The translations under genes were made by a program, and so were the position numbers. The notes beneath the pieces were generated by a model, which was given only the letters and a program-made list of their open reading frames with translations, was not told where the DNA came from and did not search any database. Shown here piece by piece: positions 55,565 through 64,000 of a DNA stretch of 64,000 nt. Source of the stretch: Candidatus Poribacteria bacterium (GTDB lineage: Bacteria > Poribacteria > WGA-4E > B28-G17); NCBI GenBank assembly GCA_021162805.1, contig JAGGXZ010000182.1, positions 17,009-81,008 on the forward strand, read 5' to 3'. How positions within the stretch are numbered: position 1 is the stretch's first letter; the number at the start of each line of letters is the position of its first letter.

Positions 55565-56566
55565 GTGAATACGGCGAGGGAAATAATCTGTAGAGCAATT
55601 GTGCTTTCTATCCTTACCTTCCTCTGCCTCACCCCATCGATGGCGAAGATAAAGCCTCCGAGGGACATCAAACTCGTCTTCACGACGAAGCTCACGACGC
55701 AGACCAGCGACATATTTCTGCTTGAGAGTCTCGACGGTAAGCCTATCAACCTGACCCAAAACCCCGCTCCCGACTCCTATCCCAGATGGTCTCCAGATGG
55801 GAGGAGGATCGCCTTCGTCTCCGAAAGGGACGGTGATGAGGAGATCTACATCATGGATATCAAGACCCGTAAGGTCGAAAGGCTGACCCACCATCCAGGG
55901 GGAGATAGGTATCCGACGTGGTCCCCGGATGGCAGAAAGATAGCGTTCCTCTCAAGCGGTGAGAACGGGAAGTGGGATTTACGGCTCATAGATCTGATCA
56001 CCCGTAGGGTTAAGATCCTCTCAAAGGTGGTGACGGGATCTTTCGACTGGCATCCGGATGGGAGGAGATTGATCCTGGGTCATCGGGATTCGAGGAGCTT
56101 TTACTTTCTGGATGTGAATCGGGATCAACCCGTCCGGGATTTCCAGGAGATGGAGAGGGTGTCCATACCTCATATCCTCTCGCAGCTTTACAGCCTCTCC
56201 TGTTGCCGGGATGGGGTGAGGATAGCATATGGGGCGAGCGAGACGTCGGCGATATCCGACATACACGTCCTAGATCTGAGAAACGGCAGGTATAAGAACC
56301 TATCAAAGTTGGCATTGAAACCTCCCGGCAGATACGATAACGATCCGAGATGGACGCCCGACGGGAAATTCATCCTCTTCTCGTCGAACAGGGACGGGAA
56401 CGGAAGCGAGGTGGATATATACCTAATGACGGATGAGGGTGAGATCGCTGAGAGGATAGAGCTTGAGGGGACAAATTACTTTCCGGACGCTTTCGATCCC
56501 AAATATGCCTATCCCGTCCCCGATCTCACGCTGAGGCTAAGCCTGTGGGGCTTGATAAAAAGATGA
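55565..56566 (+). CDS. TolB-like periplasmic beta-propeller (PD40 / WD40-like repeats) protein
   Basis: GTG start. Signal peptide. Repeated PD40 units (YPRWSPDGRRIAFVSERDGDEEIY, YPTWSPDGRKIAFLS, DWHPDGRRL, DPRWTPDGKFILFSSNRDGNGS..DIY). Confidence 0.75.
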   Translation: MNTAREIICRAIVLSILTFLCLTPSMAKIKPPRDIKLVFTTKLTTQTSDIFLLESLDGKPINLTQNPAPDSYPRWSPDGRRIAFVSERDGDEEIYIMDIKTRKVERLTHHPGGDRYPTWSPDGRKIAFLSSGENGKWDLRLIDLITRRVKILSKVVTGSFDWHPDGRRLILGHRDSRSFYFLDVNRDQPVRDFQEMERVSIPHILSQLYSLSCCRDGVRIAYGASETSAISDIHVLDLRNGRYKNLSKLALKPPGRYDNDPRWTPDGKFILFSSNRDGNGSEVDIYLMTDEGEIAERIELEGTNYFPDAFDPKYAYPVPDLTLRLSLWGLIKR

Positions 56567-56657
56567 GGATTATCCTCTCTCACAATCTGAACGTCGCGCT
56601 GTCTCTCCTTACGTCAGCGATAGCTGGCGTATCTCATGGAACAAAAAGGGCCTTGCT

Positions 56658-57050
56658 TTATGATTTCTTTGGGCCGAGCAGCCTGATCCTCCTCTCAACG
56701 TCGGGATAGCGGGTCATCCTCAGCTCGTTGAACTTCAAGATGACAAGTTCCGCTAAATAGAGCACCTCGCTTCCCTCCTCCAGATGACCGGAATAGACCT
56801 CCTCATCCCTGTATGAGATGACGACATGAAGATGCGGTTCTCCGTCAGCGATCACCCCGCTGACGGAGACCAGCTCCAACGGCTTTTCGATCGTGAAGAA
56901 TCTGTTCTGGGGCGGGAAATCGGTGTGCTCTATGTGATGCAGATGACAGGATTTCAATGTCCCAATTCCCGAAACCACCACGCCGTTTTGGATGTCGTGC
57001 TTGCGGATAGCCTCCTTAACGGACTCCAGCAACATCTCGCCGGGCTCCAA
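56658..57050 (-). CDS. DUF296 / PPC-domain protein
   Basis: About 130 aa. VSGIGTL...LEL.S.SG.I.DG.PHLHVV matches the DUF296 core. Confidence 0.55.
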   Translation of the reverse strand: MEPGEMLLESVKEAIRKHDIQNGVVVSGIGTLKSCHLHHIEHTDFPPQNRFFTIEKPLELVSVSGVIADGEPHLHVVISYRDEEVYSGHLEEGSEVLYLAELVILKFNELRMTRYPDVERRIRLLGPKKS

Positions 57051-59346
57051 CCCTATCCTCGGCGGAAAGCAAAGCGCCGTCCTTATATCTGGGAGTCCCC
57101 TCTCGATGGATCAGCTCAGCTCGATCGGCCATCTCCTCAGGCGATCCCTCGAAGAGAAAGGGTACCCCATTCGAGGGCCGCATGCGGGCAGCTCGATCCG
57201 CCTCCTCCCGTTCCCTCCACGTATAGAGCCTTCCCACCATCAGCGAGCTGGTACGGCCGATCATGCCGATCTCCTTACCGCCCCCCGGCTCGAACAGCGT
57301 CCACAAAGCCGCGTGAAAGGCACGGGTGGCCACCTCTTTGAACACCTTCTCACCCGTCAACTCGTAGGCGTAGGCCAGACCGGGCGCCACCATCATGTTG
57401 ATATAGTGCGGGTATACGTCCTCGCGGTGTTTCCGATTGAAAGCGTTCCACTCGTAGATGAAGGCCTCGATGTTCTTAACCCACATAACCTCGACCAGGA
57501 AACGGCTGATATTCACGATCGCCTCCTCAGCCGCCGGGTCGCCCGTGAGACGATGGTAACGCTCCAGCCCCTCCAACACCACCCCTAACATGAAGGGCTT
57601 GCTGCCATCCTCCTGGCAGATGCGCCACCATCGTATGGGATTTCCGCCGATATGGGAGATCTCCTCCAGCTCGCGATCCGGGTCAGAGGTGAAGCGCGCT
57701 AAGAACGCCACCATCTGCCGCATCTTGTCCAGCAGTTTCGGATCACCCGTGACCTCAGCTACGCCGGCCAGCGCCACCAGAGGCCAGCCTACAGCCCGTT
57801 CACACCCCAAAAAGTGTCTACGGACGGCATCGTCGCCTTCTCCGGCGAATATGCCCACGAGGAAATCGGCGAGGGAGCGAGCCGCCTCCCAGCTCCACAC
57901 ATCCCCGTAGAGCAGGTAATTCAGGAGGAGGCCATCGGTCCAGTAATGTCCGAGTTCGCCGCCGGAGGGACGATGGCCGGCGTGATCCTCAGCTTGGTCG
58001 TAGTAACCGTGGAAGCGCATATCCCCATTCGTGGCCTTGCAGTCCACATCGGCCATGTGTACGGCTGAGTGGTAACCCACCTCGCCGTAAAGCGGATTGC
58101 CGGTACGGATGAACTGTAAAAAATAAGCATAGGGGGTATCGTATTCGTTATCCGCGTACATCCGATACTTGCTTCCATATGCCCCCAAAGCCATAGGCCA
58201 GTCGCCGTAGTGCTGTAGGCCGAAGTAATCCGCATCCTGATGCTCCTCGTCGTCCAAAGCGACCGGTGCACCTCGCTCGCCGCCCTTCTCCCTCTCGAGG
58301 GAGGAGAGCCGACCGCCCTCCAAACAGGCGGTGATGGCCCGTTCATATCCGGGGAAGAGCTTCCGGGTCCGTTCAGAGGAGGCCATCAGCGGTCCGAAGA
58401 CCTGCGTGGCACAGGCCCGTTCGGGGTCCAAAGACCAGGAGATAGGCCGAACATCCTGTGACCTCAGTGCGATGCGCACCGAGTGGCGGAAGCTCGTCCC
58501 GCCCTGCACCGCGAGCGGCTCCGCCTCCGCGGGAAAGAAGCTCAGATGCACCTTTTCCCCTTCGACGGAGATCGAAAACGGGGCTCGCTGCCAGCCTTTC
58601 TCCAGGATCACGAAGGCATTTTGGCCCCTAAGCGCCGCCCGCGGATGTCCGGCCACTTCAGGGGCATCGTCGAGGATATAGAAGCCGGGACGCAGAACCG
58701 TCAGTTTCCCGTGCACGCCATCCAGACCCGGCCATGCCCAGCCCCCCGTGCTGAACCGCAGAGTGGCGCCCAGCTCACGCAACCGACATCGTCCCTCCGT
58801 CAGAAAGCTGATACGTTGTTGCCAGTGCAGAAGGGCATTGACCGGATCCACCCGTAGCAGATGATCGAAGCGCAAACCCTCCCTTCGCCGCTGACGCAGG
58901 CGCAGAAGCGGCGCTATCGGACTGGATTCCACCAGTTCCAAATCGTATTCCCCATGACACTCCAGCTCAGGATCGGTCCGAACCAATCCCGGATGAATCT
59001 CCACCCTCTCATCCCCCACCTCGAACGTCCAGAGGGCATCGGAACAGATGAGGCGCGCGTTCCCCAGCTCTATCGAGCTATCATCCTTTAGCTCGATGGA
59101 ATCGGAACGTATCTTATCGGGTATAAGTTTCAGCTCAGAGCTCTCCCCGTCCAGCCGGGCATGGATGAAGATCCATTTGACGCTGCCGTCGGGCCAGCGA
59201 GCCCGCTCCTCCCACCACAGCGGTAAGGGTTTCCCCCGTTGATCCATCAGCATGAAGCCGCCGCCGGATTCCACCTCGCCCATGGCAAAGGGAATCCCGC
59301 ACAGCAGCAAACCGTTTTCCGTTGGATTGTGAACCGTTATTCTCAT
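57016..59346 (-). CDS. Large (776 aa) hypothetical enzyme-like protein, possibly a glycoside hydrolase / polysaccharide lyase-type alpha/alpha-toroid protein
   Basis: Long uninterrupted ORF with codon-biased GC-rich composition. The central region is rich in conserved aromatic/acidic blocks (YFGLQHYGDWP, YADNEYD, GYHSAVHMADVD, GHYWTDGLLLNYLLYGD). No family assignable by eye. Confidence 0.5.
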   Translation of the reverse strand: MRITVHNPTENGLLLCGIPFAMGEVESGGGFMLMDQRGKPLPLWWEERARWPDGSVKWIFIHARLDGESSELKLIPDKIRSDSIELKDDSSIELGNARLICSDALWTFEVGDERVEIHPGLVRTDPELECHGEYDLELVESSPIAPLLRLRQRRREGLRFDHLLRVDPVNALLHWQQRISFLTEGRCRLRELGATLRFSTGGWAWPGLDGVHGKLTVLRPGFYILDDAPEVAGHPRAALRGQNAFVILEKGWQRAPFSISVEGEKVHLSFFPAEAEPLAVQGGTSFRHSVRIALRSQDVRPISWSLDPERACATQVFGPLMASSERTRKLFPGYERAITACLEGGRLSSLEREKGGERGAPVALDDEEHQDADYFGLQHYGDWPMALGAYGSKYRMYADNEYDTPYAYFLQFIRTGNPLYGEVGYHSAVHMADVDCKATNGDMRFHGYYDQAEDHAGHRPSGGELGHYWTDGLLLNYLLYGDVWSWEAARSLADFLVGIFAGEGDDAVRRHFLGCERAVGWPLVALAGVAEVTGDPKLLDKMRQMVAFLARFTSDPDRELEEISHIGGNPIRWWRICQEDGSKPFMLGVVLEGLERYHRLTGDPAAEEAIVNISRFLVEVMWVKNIEAFIYEWNAFNRKHREDVYPHYINMMVAPGLAYAYELTGEKVFKEVATRAFHAALWTLFEPGGGKEIGMIGRTSSLMVGRLYTWREREEADRAARMRPSNGVPFLFEGSPEEMADRAELIHREGTPRYKDGALLSAEDRVGARRDVAGVR

Positions 59347-59483
59347 TCGTCATCTCCCCTTTTACCCTTCCTCCCCGGTCGCTCAGCTCCGAGGAAACCA
59401 CCCCCGTCCATCCATGAGGTTAAATTTCACATGTGATCGCCTTGAATTATACAACGAATGACGGAGGGAGAGGAAGATTTTAT

Positions 59484-59512
59484 TTGACATGTGATGGGAA
59501 ATCCGTTAGATT
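59484..59512 (+). promoter_or_regulatory. Sigma70-type promoter candidate (TTGACA-N17-TAGATT)
   Basis: TTGACA at 59484-59489, a 17-nt spacer, and TAGATT at 59507-59512. About 45 nt upstream of ATG 59556, which has RBS AAGGAGG. Confidence 0.35.
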
Positions 59513-59555
59513 TAGATCGATTGAGAGATAGGATTGAGCAAGGAGGTATTGAGGG

Positions 59556-61406
59556 ATGTCAAAGGCGAAGAAGCTCGTCGTAATCGGTTTCGACTCGGTT
59601 TCACTGAAGACCCTCGAGCAGTTTGTGAAACGAGGCGTTATGCCAACCGTGGGACGGTTGATGCGTGAAGGTTGCGTCACTCAGACGTGGCCTTGCTTCC
59701 CTATGGAGACGGGGACGAACTGGGCGTGTCTGGCTACCGGTGCATCGCCGTGGGTCTCAGGCTGCAACATGTCAGTTCATTTCCCGGGCACGCCGCTAAA
59801 TCAAAGAAGCAGCGGATTTCCCTCGTCGGTCTGCAAAGCTGAACAGCTTTGGACAACGGCTCACAAGGCAGGCAAACGCTCCATCGTGTTCGATTGGCCG
59901 CAGTCATATCCCCTGAAATTCGAGGATGGCATCATTCACGTCGGGGAGGACGGCCGCCCCGATAACGCCATACGCGCTCTGCAGGAGGTTCGAGCTTATA
60001 TGACGCACCCGAAGAGGCCCGGTCCCCATGTAACGCAGATTCAACCGCGTCCCGCTGAAGGTTGGAGGTACGCGCCGGAGGATGCCCTCGAGTTTGAGGT
60101 CAAGATTGAGCCGGGACCGATGAGCCGATACAGGAAAGTTGATCCGCTATACGCTCTGATCCTGAAGGGGGAGAGAGGCTATGAGAGCGTGTCCCTTTAT
60201 CCCTCACGTTCATCCGCTGAACCTATACTTTCCCTCCAGACGGGTCGGTGGACTCAATGGGTGAAACATACCTTTATAGCGGATGGCACGCCCGTCGTCG
60301 CAGGGCTGAGAGGCAAATTGCTGAAATTATCGCCTGATGCCAGCGAAGTTCACCTGTATCTCAGCGAGATCTACCCGATAGACGATTTCGTCCACCCCGC
60401 CGCTCTGGCGCCCGAACTCGTGGAACGGTGCGGACCTTTCATCATCCAGTGCTCACGCCAACAGGTCGTCCTAGGGGGAGCGTCGGACATCGCCACATAT
60501 TTCGATGAGCAGGAGTATCTCGCCCGATGGTGGCGCAATGCCGCTGAATATATCCTCAGCAATTACGATTGGGATCTCTTCATGCTCAAATGGCATGGGC
60601 CTGACTGGACGAACCATCTCGCCATGTATATGATCGATCCCCGCCACCCGATGTATAGGGAGGACCGAGCGGAGGAGGGGTGGGCGCTGTGGGACAGGCT
60701 CATGAGCTGGGGCGATGAGATCGTAGATAAGGTGATCCAGGCGGCCGGCCCGGATACGCTTGTGGCGCTCGTGTCCGACCACGGCGGCGATACCATGCTG
60801 CCCGGTATCGGCGTCCACAGCAATCCCAACAGGGTCCTGCGGGAAAACGGCTGGCTGGTCTACAAGGAGAAGGGTGGAATCGACTGGACCAAAACCAAGG
60901 CGTTCGGCGTCGAGCATTATGTATACCTCAACGTGAAAGGACGCGATCCCCAGGGGATCGTCGAGCCGGGGGATGAATATCTCTCCCTGAGGGATGAGAT
61001 CATCGAGGCGCTGCTCGAGGCGAAGGATAGCTCGGGACGACATCTTTACAGGGTGGTGCTTCCGATGGAAGAGGCCGGGCGATTGGGAGTTGGCGGCGAC
61101 CGGGTGGGTGATATCTTCATGATCCCCTCCAAGCCTCATCCGCTGGCCAGGATCTCCAAAGAGGAGTTCTGGAAGACGCACTCAGAGGAGGAGACGGGGA
61201 CGTGGGACTGGCCGCGGCTCAATTCGGGGACTCATTCGGACGATTCCTACTTCATCCTTCAAGGTCCGGGCGTGAGGAAGGGGTATCGCCGCGAGCGACC
61301 GACGCTCATCACCAGCGTTGCTCCCACCCTTGCCGTGGCCTGGGGCATTCCGGTGCCGGCGGATGCCGATGGGAGCGTGCTATGGGAATTCCTTGAGAGG
61401 GGGTGA
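59556..61406 (+). CDS. Alkaline-phosphatase-superfamily protein (type I phosphodiesterase / nucleotide pyrophosphatase-like)
   Basis: N-terminal KLVVIGFDSVS...TGTNWACLATGASP resembles the AlkP-family metal/nucleophile region. C-terminal ALVSDHGGD and GTHSDDS resemble the second metal-site motifs (DHG / H..D). Confidence 0.65.
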   Translation: MSKAKKLVVIGFDSVSLKTLEQFVKRGVMPTVGRLMREGCVTQTWPCFPMETGTNWACLATGASPWVSGCNMSVHFPGTPLNQRSSGFPSSVCKAEQLWTTAHKAGKRSIVFDWPQSYPLKFEDGIIHVGEDGRPDNAIRALQEVRAYMTHPKRPGPHVTQIQPRPAEGWRYAPEDALEFEVKIEPGPMSRYRKVDPLYALILKGERGYESVSLYPSRSSAEPILSLQTGRWTQWVKHTFIADGTPVVAGLRGKLLKLSPDASEVHLYLSEIYPIDDFVHPAALAPELVERCGPFIIQCSRQQVVLGGASDIATYFDEQEYLARWWRNAAEYILSNYDWDLFMLKWHGPDWTNHLAMYMIDPRHPMYREDRAEEGWALWDRLMSWGDEIVDKVIQAAGPDTLVALVSDHGGDTMLPGIGVHSNPNRVLRENGWLVYKEKGGIDWTKTKAFGVEHYVYLNVKGRDPQGIVEPGDEYLSLRDEIIEALLEAKDSSGRHLYRVVLPMEEAGRLGVGGDRVGDIFMIPSKPHPLARISKEEFWKTHSEEETGTWDWPRLNSGTHSDDSYFILQGPGVRKGYRRERPTLITSVAPTLAVAWGIPVPADADGSVLWEFLERG

Positions 61407-61410
61407 ACCG

Positions 61411-61974
61411 ATGTTTAAGGCAGGCGCTTCGCAGGTGGTCATCACCCTGCCCGTCGGAACGGCGCTCAGAGGATATTTCAGAAAGCGGATCTCCGACGGC
61501 ATACTCGATGATCTCCACGCCAAAACGCTGGTCTTGGACGACGGCGAACGTCAGGCGGCCCTGATCATATGCGATCTGATAGGGGTGACTAAGAATGCCA
61601 TTAAAGCCGCCCGGAAGTTCATCTCCGAACGATGTGGGATTCCCGAGGACTCGGTGATGATAGCGGCAACTCATACCCATACAGGGCCGAGCCTTGAGGA
61701 CTCCGGGTTTTCGCCAGTTGATCCGGATTGGTACGCTCTATTCCCCAGGCTGATCGCCGGAGGGGTGACGGCGGCTCTGGGCCGGTTGAGGCCCGCCGAG
61801 GTTGCCGTATACGTGGGACGTGAGGATTCCATCGCCTTCAATCGCCGATATCGGATGAGGGACGGCACGGTCAGGACGAACCCAGGCATGGGAAATCCGG
61901 AGGTGGTCGAGCCTCAGAAGTCCATCGCTGAAAGTATCTCGGAGGATAGACCGGGACACTGGACGGAGAGATGA
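61411..61974 (+). CDS. Neutral/alkaline ceramidase N-terminal-domain-like protein, apparently truncated (188 aa)
   Basis: AGASQVVITLPVGTALRGY...LHAKTLVLDDGERQAALIICDLIGV...AATHTHTGP resembles the start of Ceramidase_alk. The ORF ends after ~190 aa and overlaps the 3' end of the convergent gene. Confidence 0.4.
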   Translation: MFKAGASQVVITLPVGTALRGYFRKRISDGILDDLHAKTLVLDDGERQAALIICDLIGVTKNAIKAARKFISERCGIPEDSVMIAATHTHTGPSLEDSGFSPVDPDWYALFPRLIAGGVTAALGRLRPAEVAVYVGREDSIAFNRRYRMRDGTVRTNPGMGNPEVVEPQKSIAESISEDRPGHWTER

Positions 61975-63686
61975 TATTTGCTCATCTCTATCTGAGCCCG
62001 AAGGGCTTTTTTCATCTCATCTATGGATCTGTAGGTAAACGGGTTCAGCTCGGCGAGCCTCTCCTTAGAGAGCCCCGGCACCTCCACCGGCACCAGTACC
62101 TTATCCCCCCAGATGGGATGAGGTTCGTATTTGACGGCTCCTCTGGCGGCCTGGAACAGGAACAGCTCGGTCTCCTCTATTGAGGGTCCTGTTCCTCCTA
62201 CCGGTCGCATTTTACCCCTCTGCATGGAGAAGATCGCCCTCGGTACCTCCAGCTTTTCGCCGTTGATCTCGGTCTGGACCCATCTATAGACAGCTCCGAC
62301 CCTGCCGGTCGTGTTCAGTTGATAGACTTCGACGGGATTATCCGTTCCCTCTCGTTCCTTCATAAACTCATAGAACCTGTTAACATGTTTGGCGCTACCC
62401 ACACCCATGGTGAAGGGCAGGCAATATCGGCTGACGAATTTCTCCTCGCCTACGCCTTCCAGACTTTGAGCGGGATGGCCCACCGTTCTACCGTCGGCCA
62501 GGACCTTAGCGGCAAAGGCAGGATCGTTTATCTTCAGCCACGCGTAATCCGTCACATAACCCGGACTTATGAACACGGCCATGTTAAGCGGACCGCTGGA
62601 GTAGGGAACACCGTCGTAATATCCCGTATCCTCTAACATCAGAACGGATCTGGCATTTTGGTTCGGTATACCCTTAAACTGAAGTATCTTCCCCTCAAAG
62701 CTCACGTTCCCCTTATCATCCCATTCGGTATTCTCGTGCAATGCTTTGGGGGAAGTGGCCGCCTTGTATATAACGACCTGATTCTCATCCACATCTTCAG
62801 TTTTCGTCCATGCCCCTTTTTCCGAGCAGTAGACCCTATCCCTGAATACGGCCACGATATCGTCGTTCTTGATCACCTGGTCGGAGATGAAATCCAGCGG
62901 ATTAACACCGAAAAGCGTCTGAAACCTCTGGGCAATCCTCTCGTCCACCACGTAAAGGCCATGTGTTGATTTCCCGCTTCCAGTCAACCCCCAAACGCAC
63001 ATCACCATCCGCCTGTTGGTCCCATCTATCCGTTTGACCGTGAACTCCTTGAGCGAAGCATGCTCGCCTGTGCCTCCCTTTTTGTAGGCGTGAAGGATCC
63101 AGTGTGAAAGAAAAGCCTTTTTCGTTTCCCCTTGATATGAGCTGACGGTCACTATCGTGTAGTTGTGGTTGGGGAAACGCATAACCATCAACATCCTATC
63201 CGTGCCTGGGATGCTCGGGTTGTTCAGATAATGAGGTATATGAAAGAGCTCTACCTCAGGTTCCTCACTCGGATCGGCGGGGAAGTTAAGGTTTTTCCAC
63301 CTATAGGCTATGTCCGGAAACTGGGGATCACAGTAAAGGCGACATCGCATCGCCGCCACCGTGCCGGGAGGGCCAAGCGTGGCGTCAACGGCTATGATGG
63401 GTCTGGCCAGTATATGTTCTAGAACGCGGAGCATGAGAAATTTATGTTCCTCCCGTAGCTCATCCTCGCTCTCGATCACGACCGTGTTTTGTGCCGACCG
63501 ATGCCATATGTTGGAGCTCCACCCGTAGCTGCCGTTTTTGAACCTCGTCCCATAGGTCTTGGCCCTCTCAAGCAGGTCATCGGGGTTATACTGAACCGCT
63601 TGGATACCACAGCTCTCCTTCATGCGAACTATCTCGCGGAAGATCTCCTTAAACCTGGATATACCTATATCATCCGTGGTAAACAT
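61914..63686 (-). CDS. P-loop protein with PEP carboxykinase (ATP)-like kinase motif
   Basis: CVWGLTGSGKSTHGL resembles the PckA kinase-1a motif FFGLSGTGKTTLS. About 590 aa. Start ATG 63686 (MFTTDD) is preferred over 63740. G-rich RBS. Confidence 0.4.
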   Translation of the reverse strand: MFTTDDIGISRFKEIFREIVRMKESCGIQAVQYNPDDLLERAKTYGTRFKNGSYGWSSNIWHRSAQNTVVIESEDELREEHKFLMLRVLEHILARPIIAVDATLGPPGTVAAMRCRLYCDPQFPDIAYRWKNLNFPADPSEEPEVELFHIPHYLNNPSIPGTDRMLMVMRFPNHNYTIVTVSSYQGETKKAFLSHWILHAYKKGGTGEHASLKEFTVKRIDGTNRRMVMCVWGLTGSGKSTHGLYVVDERIAQRFQTLFGVNPLDFISDQVIKNDDIVAVFRDRVYCSEKGAWTKTEDVDENQVVIYKAATSPKALHENTEWDDKGNVSFEGKILQFKGIPNQNARSVLMLEDTGYYDGVPYSSGPLNMAVFISPGYVTDYAWLKINDPAFAAKVLADGRTVGHPAQSLEGVGEEKFVSRYCLPFTMGVGSAKHVNRFYEFMKEREGTDNPVEVYQLNTTGRVGAVYRWVQTEINGEKLEVPRAIFSMQRGKMRPVGGTGPSIEETELFLFQAARGAVKYEPHPIWGDKVLVPVEVPGLSKERLAELNPFTYRSIDEMKKALRAQIEMSKYHLSVQCPGLSSEILSAMDF

Positions 63687-63781
63687 TCCCCACCCCCATG
63701 CTTTTCGATTAATTATATTTCGTCCATTTCGGGATGTCAAGCTATTGCGCTTCCGATGAAGAAGGAGCGATATCCCAGAGG

Positions 63782-64000
63782 CTAGGAGAGTATATCGGGG
63801 CTGATGGCAAGTATAACATCGAATTCACCGCCGTTGAATTTGAAAGGAACCCATAGGCTACATAGATCCCCGCTTCCCATATCTATCTCATAATCCCTTC
63901 CCGATATTATGGTGGGTATCGACAGATTGAACTCAAGTCCCATATCCGAAAGGAAGGAGTTAACGCTTCCGGATATCATATTGGCGATCTCACCTAGAGC
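63782..64000 (-). CDS. Partial hypothetical CDS running off the window edge
   Basis: The reverse-strand frame is open from 63782 to the end of the window. No recognizable motif. Confidence 0.2.
   Translation of the reverse strand, partial: ALGEIANMISGSVNSFLSDMGLEFNLSIPTIISGRDYEIDMGSGDLCSLWVPFKFNGGEFDVILAISPDILS

Noticed and set aside
1-64000. tRNA, rRNA or other structured RNA genes
   Set aside because: Scanning by eye found no tRNA-like cloverleaf candidates (GTTC...CCA ends), no rRNA-like stretches, and no long non-coding gaps. All gaps over 150 nt are accounted for as promoter or intergenic regions or IS remnants.

Overview
This is one contiguous stretch of a moderately GC-rich bacterial chromosome. 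It has strong GGAGG-type ribosome-binding sites and many ATGA start/stop overlaps, and I see no rRNA, tRNA or CRISPR by eye.

Content, left to right:
1. The C-terminal end of a secreted protein, then an M6 (InhA-like) metalloprotease. Both end in the same T9SS-type / FlgD-Ig-like C-terminal sorting domain (CTD).
2. A housekeeping block: divergent class-I-like xylose isomerase homologue, then yicC-gmk-[NTase/HEPN toxin-antitoxin insertion]-rpoZ-coaBC-rsmA.
3. A roughly 16 kb flagellar unit running fliL-fliM-fliN-fliO-fliP-fliQ-fliR, an 852-aa HEAT-repeat/VWA protein, flhB-flhA-flhF-flhG, PilZ, fliA, FapA (DUF342) and an AMIN/HTH membrane protein. It sits behind a sigma54-like promoter and ends at a hairpin terminator.
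4. iorA, convergent with an orphan radical SAM/SPASM enzyme.
5. A small gene-decay zone: a PIN fragment, a duplicated gene-start fragment and a frameshifted DUF5060/DUF4038 glycosidase-like gene.
6. A 3658-aa multi-domain surface protein (about 10.98 kb of coding sequence) that ends in the same CTD.
7. Metabolic and accessory genes: metallophosphoesterase, Zn-ADH, a CBM+glycosidase-like protein, an antitoxin/MazF pair, an FtsX-like permease, a G1PDH-like dehydrogenase, a PorV/PorQ(FadL)-like outer-membrane barrel, an NTP_transf_4/LbH protein, pta and nagB.
8. A roughly 1 kb graveyard of fragments from three different IS elements.
9. A TolB-like beta-propeller, a DUF296 protein, a large GC-rich unknown enzyme-like protein, an alkaline-phosphatase-family protein, a truncated ceramidase-N-like fragment and a PEPCK(ATP)-like P-loop protein.

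The most unusual items are the HEAT/VWA gene translationally coupled between fliR and flhB, the giant CTD-bearing adhesin together with a PorV/Q-like barrel in a flagellated organism, and a sigma region-4-like HTH membrane protein just after fliA. All domain calls rest on motif recognition by eye; no database searches were run.
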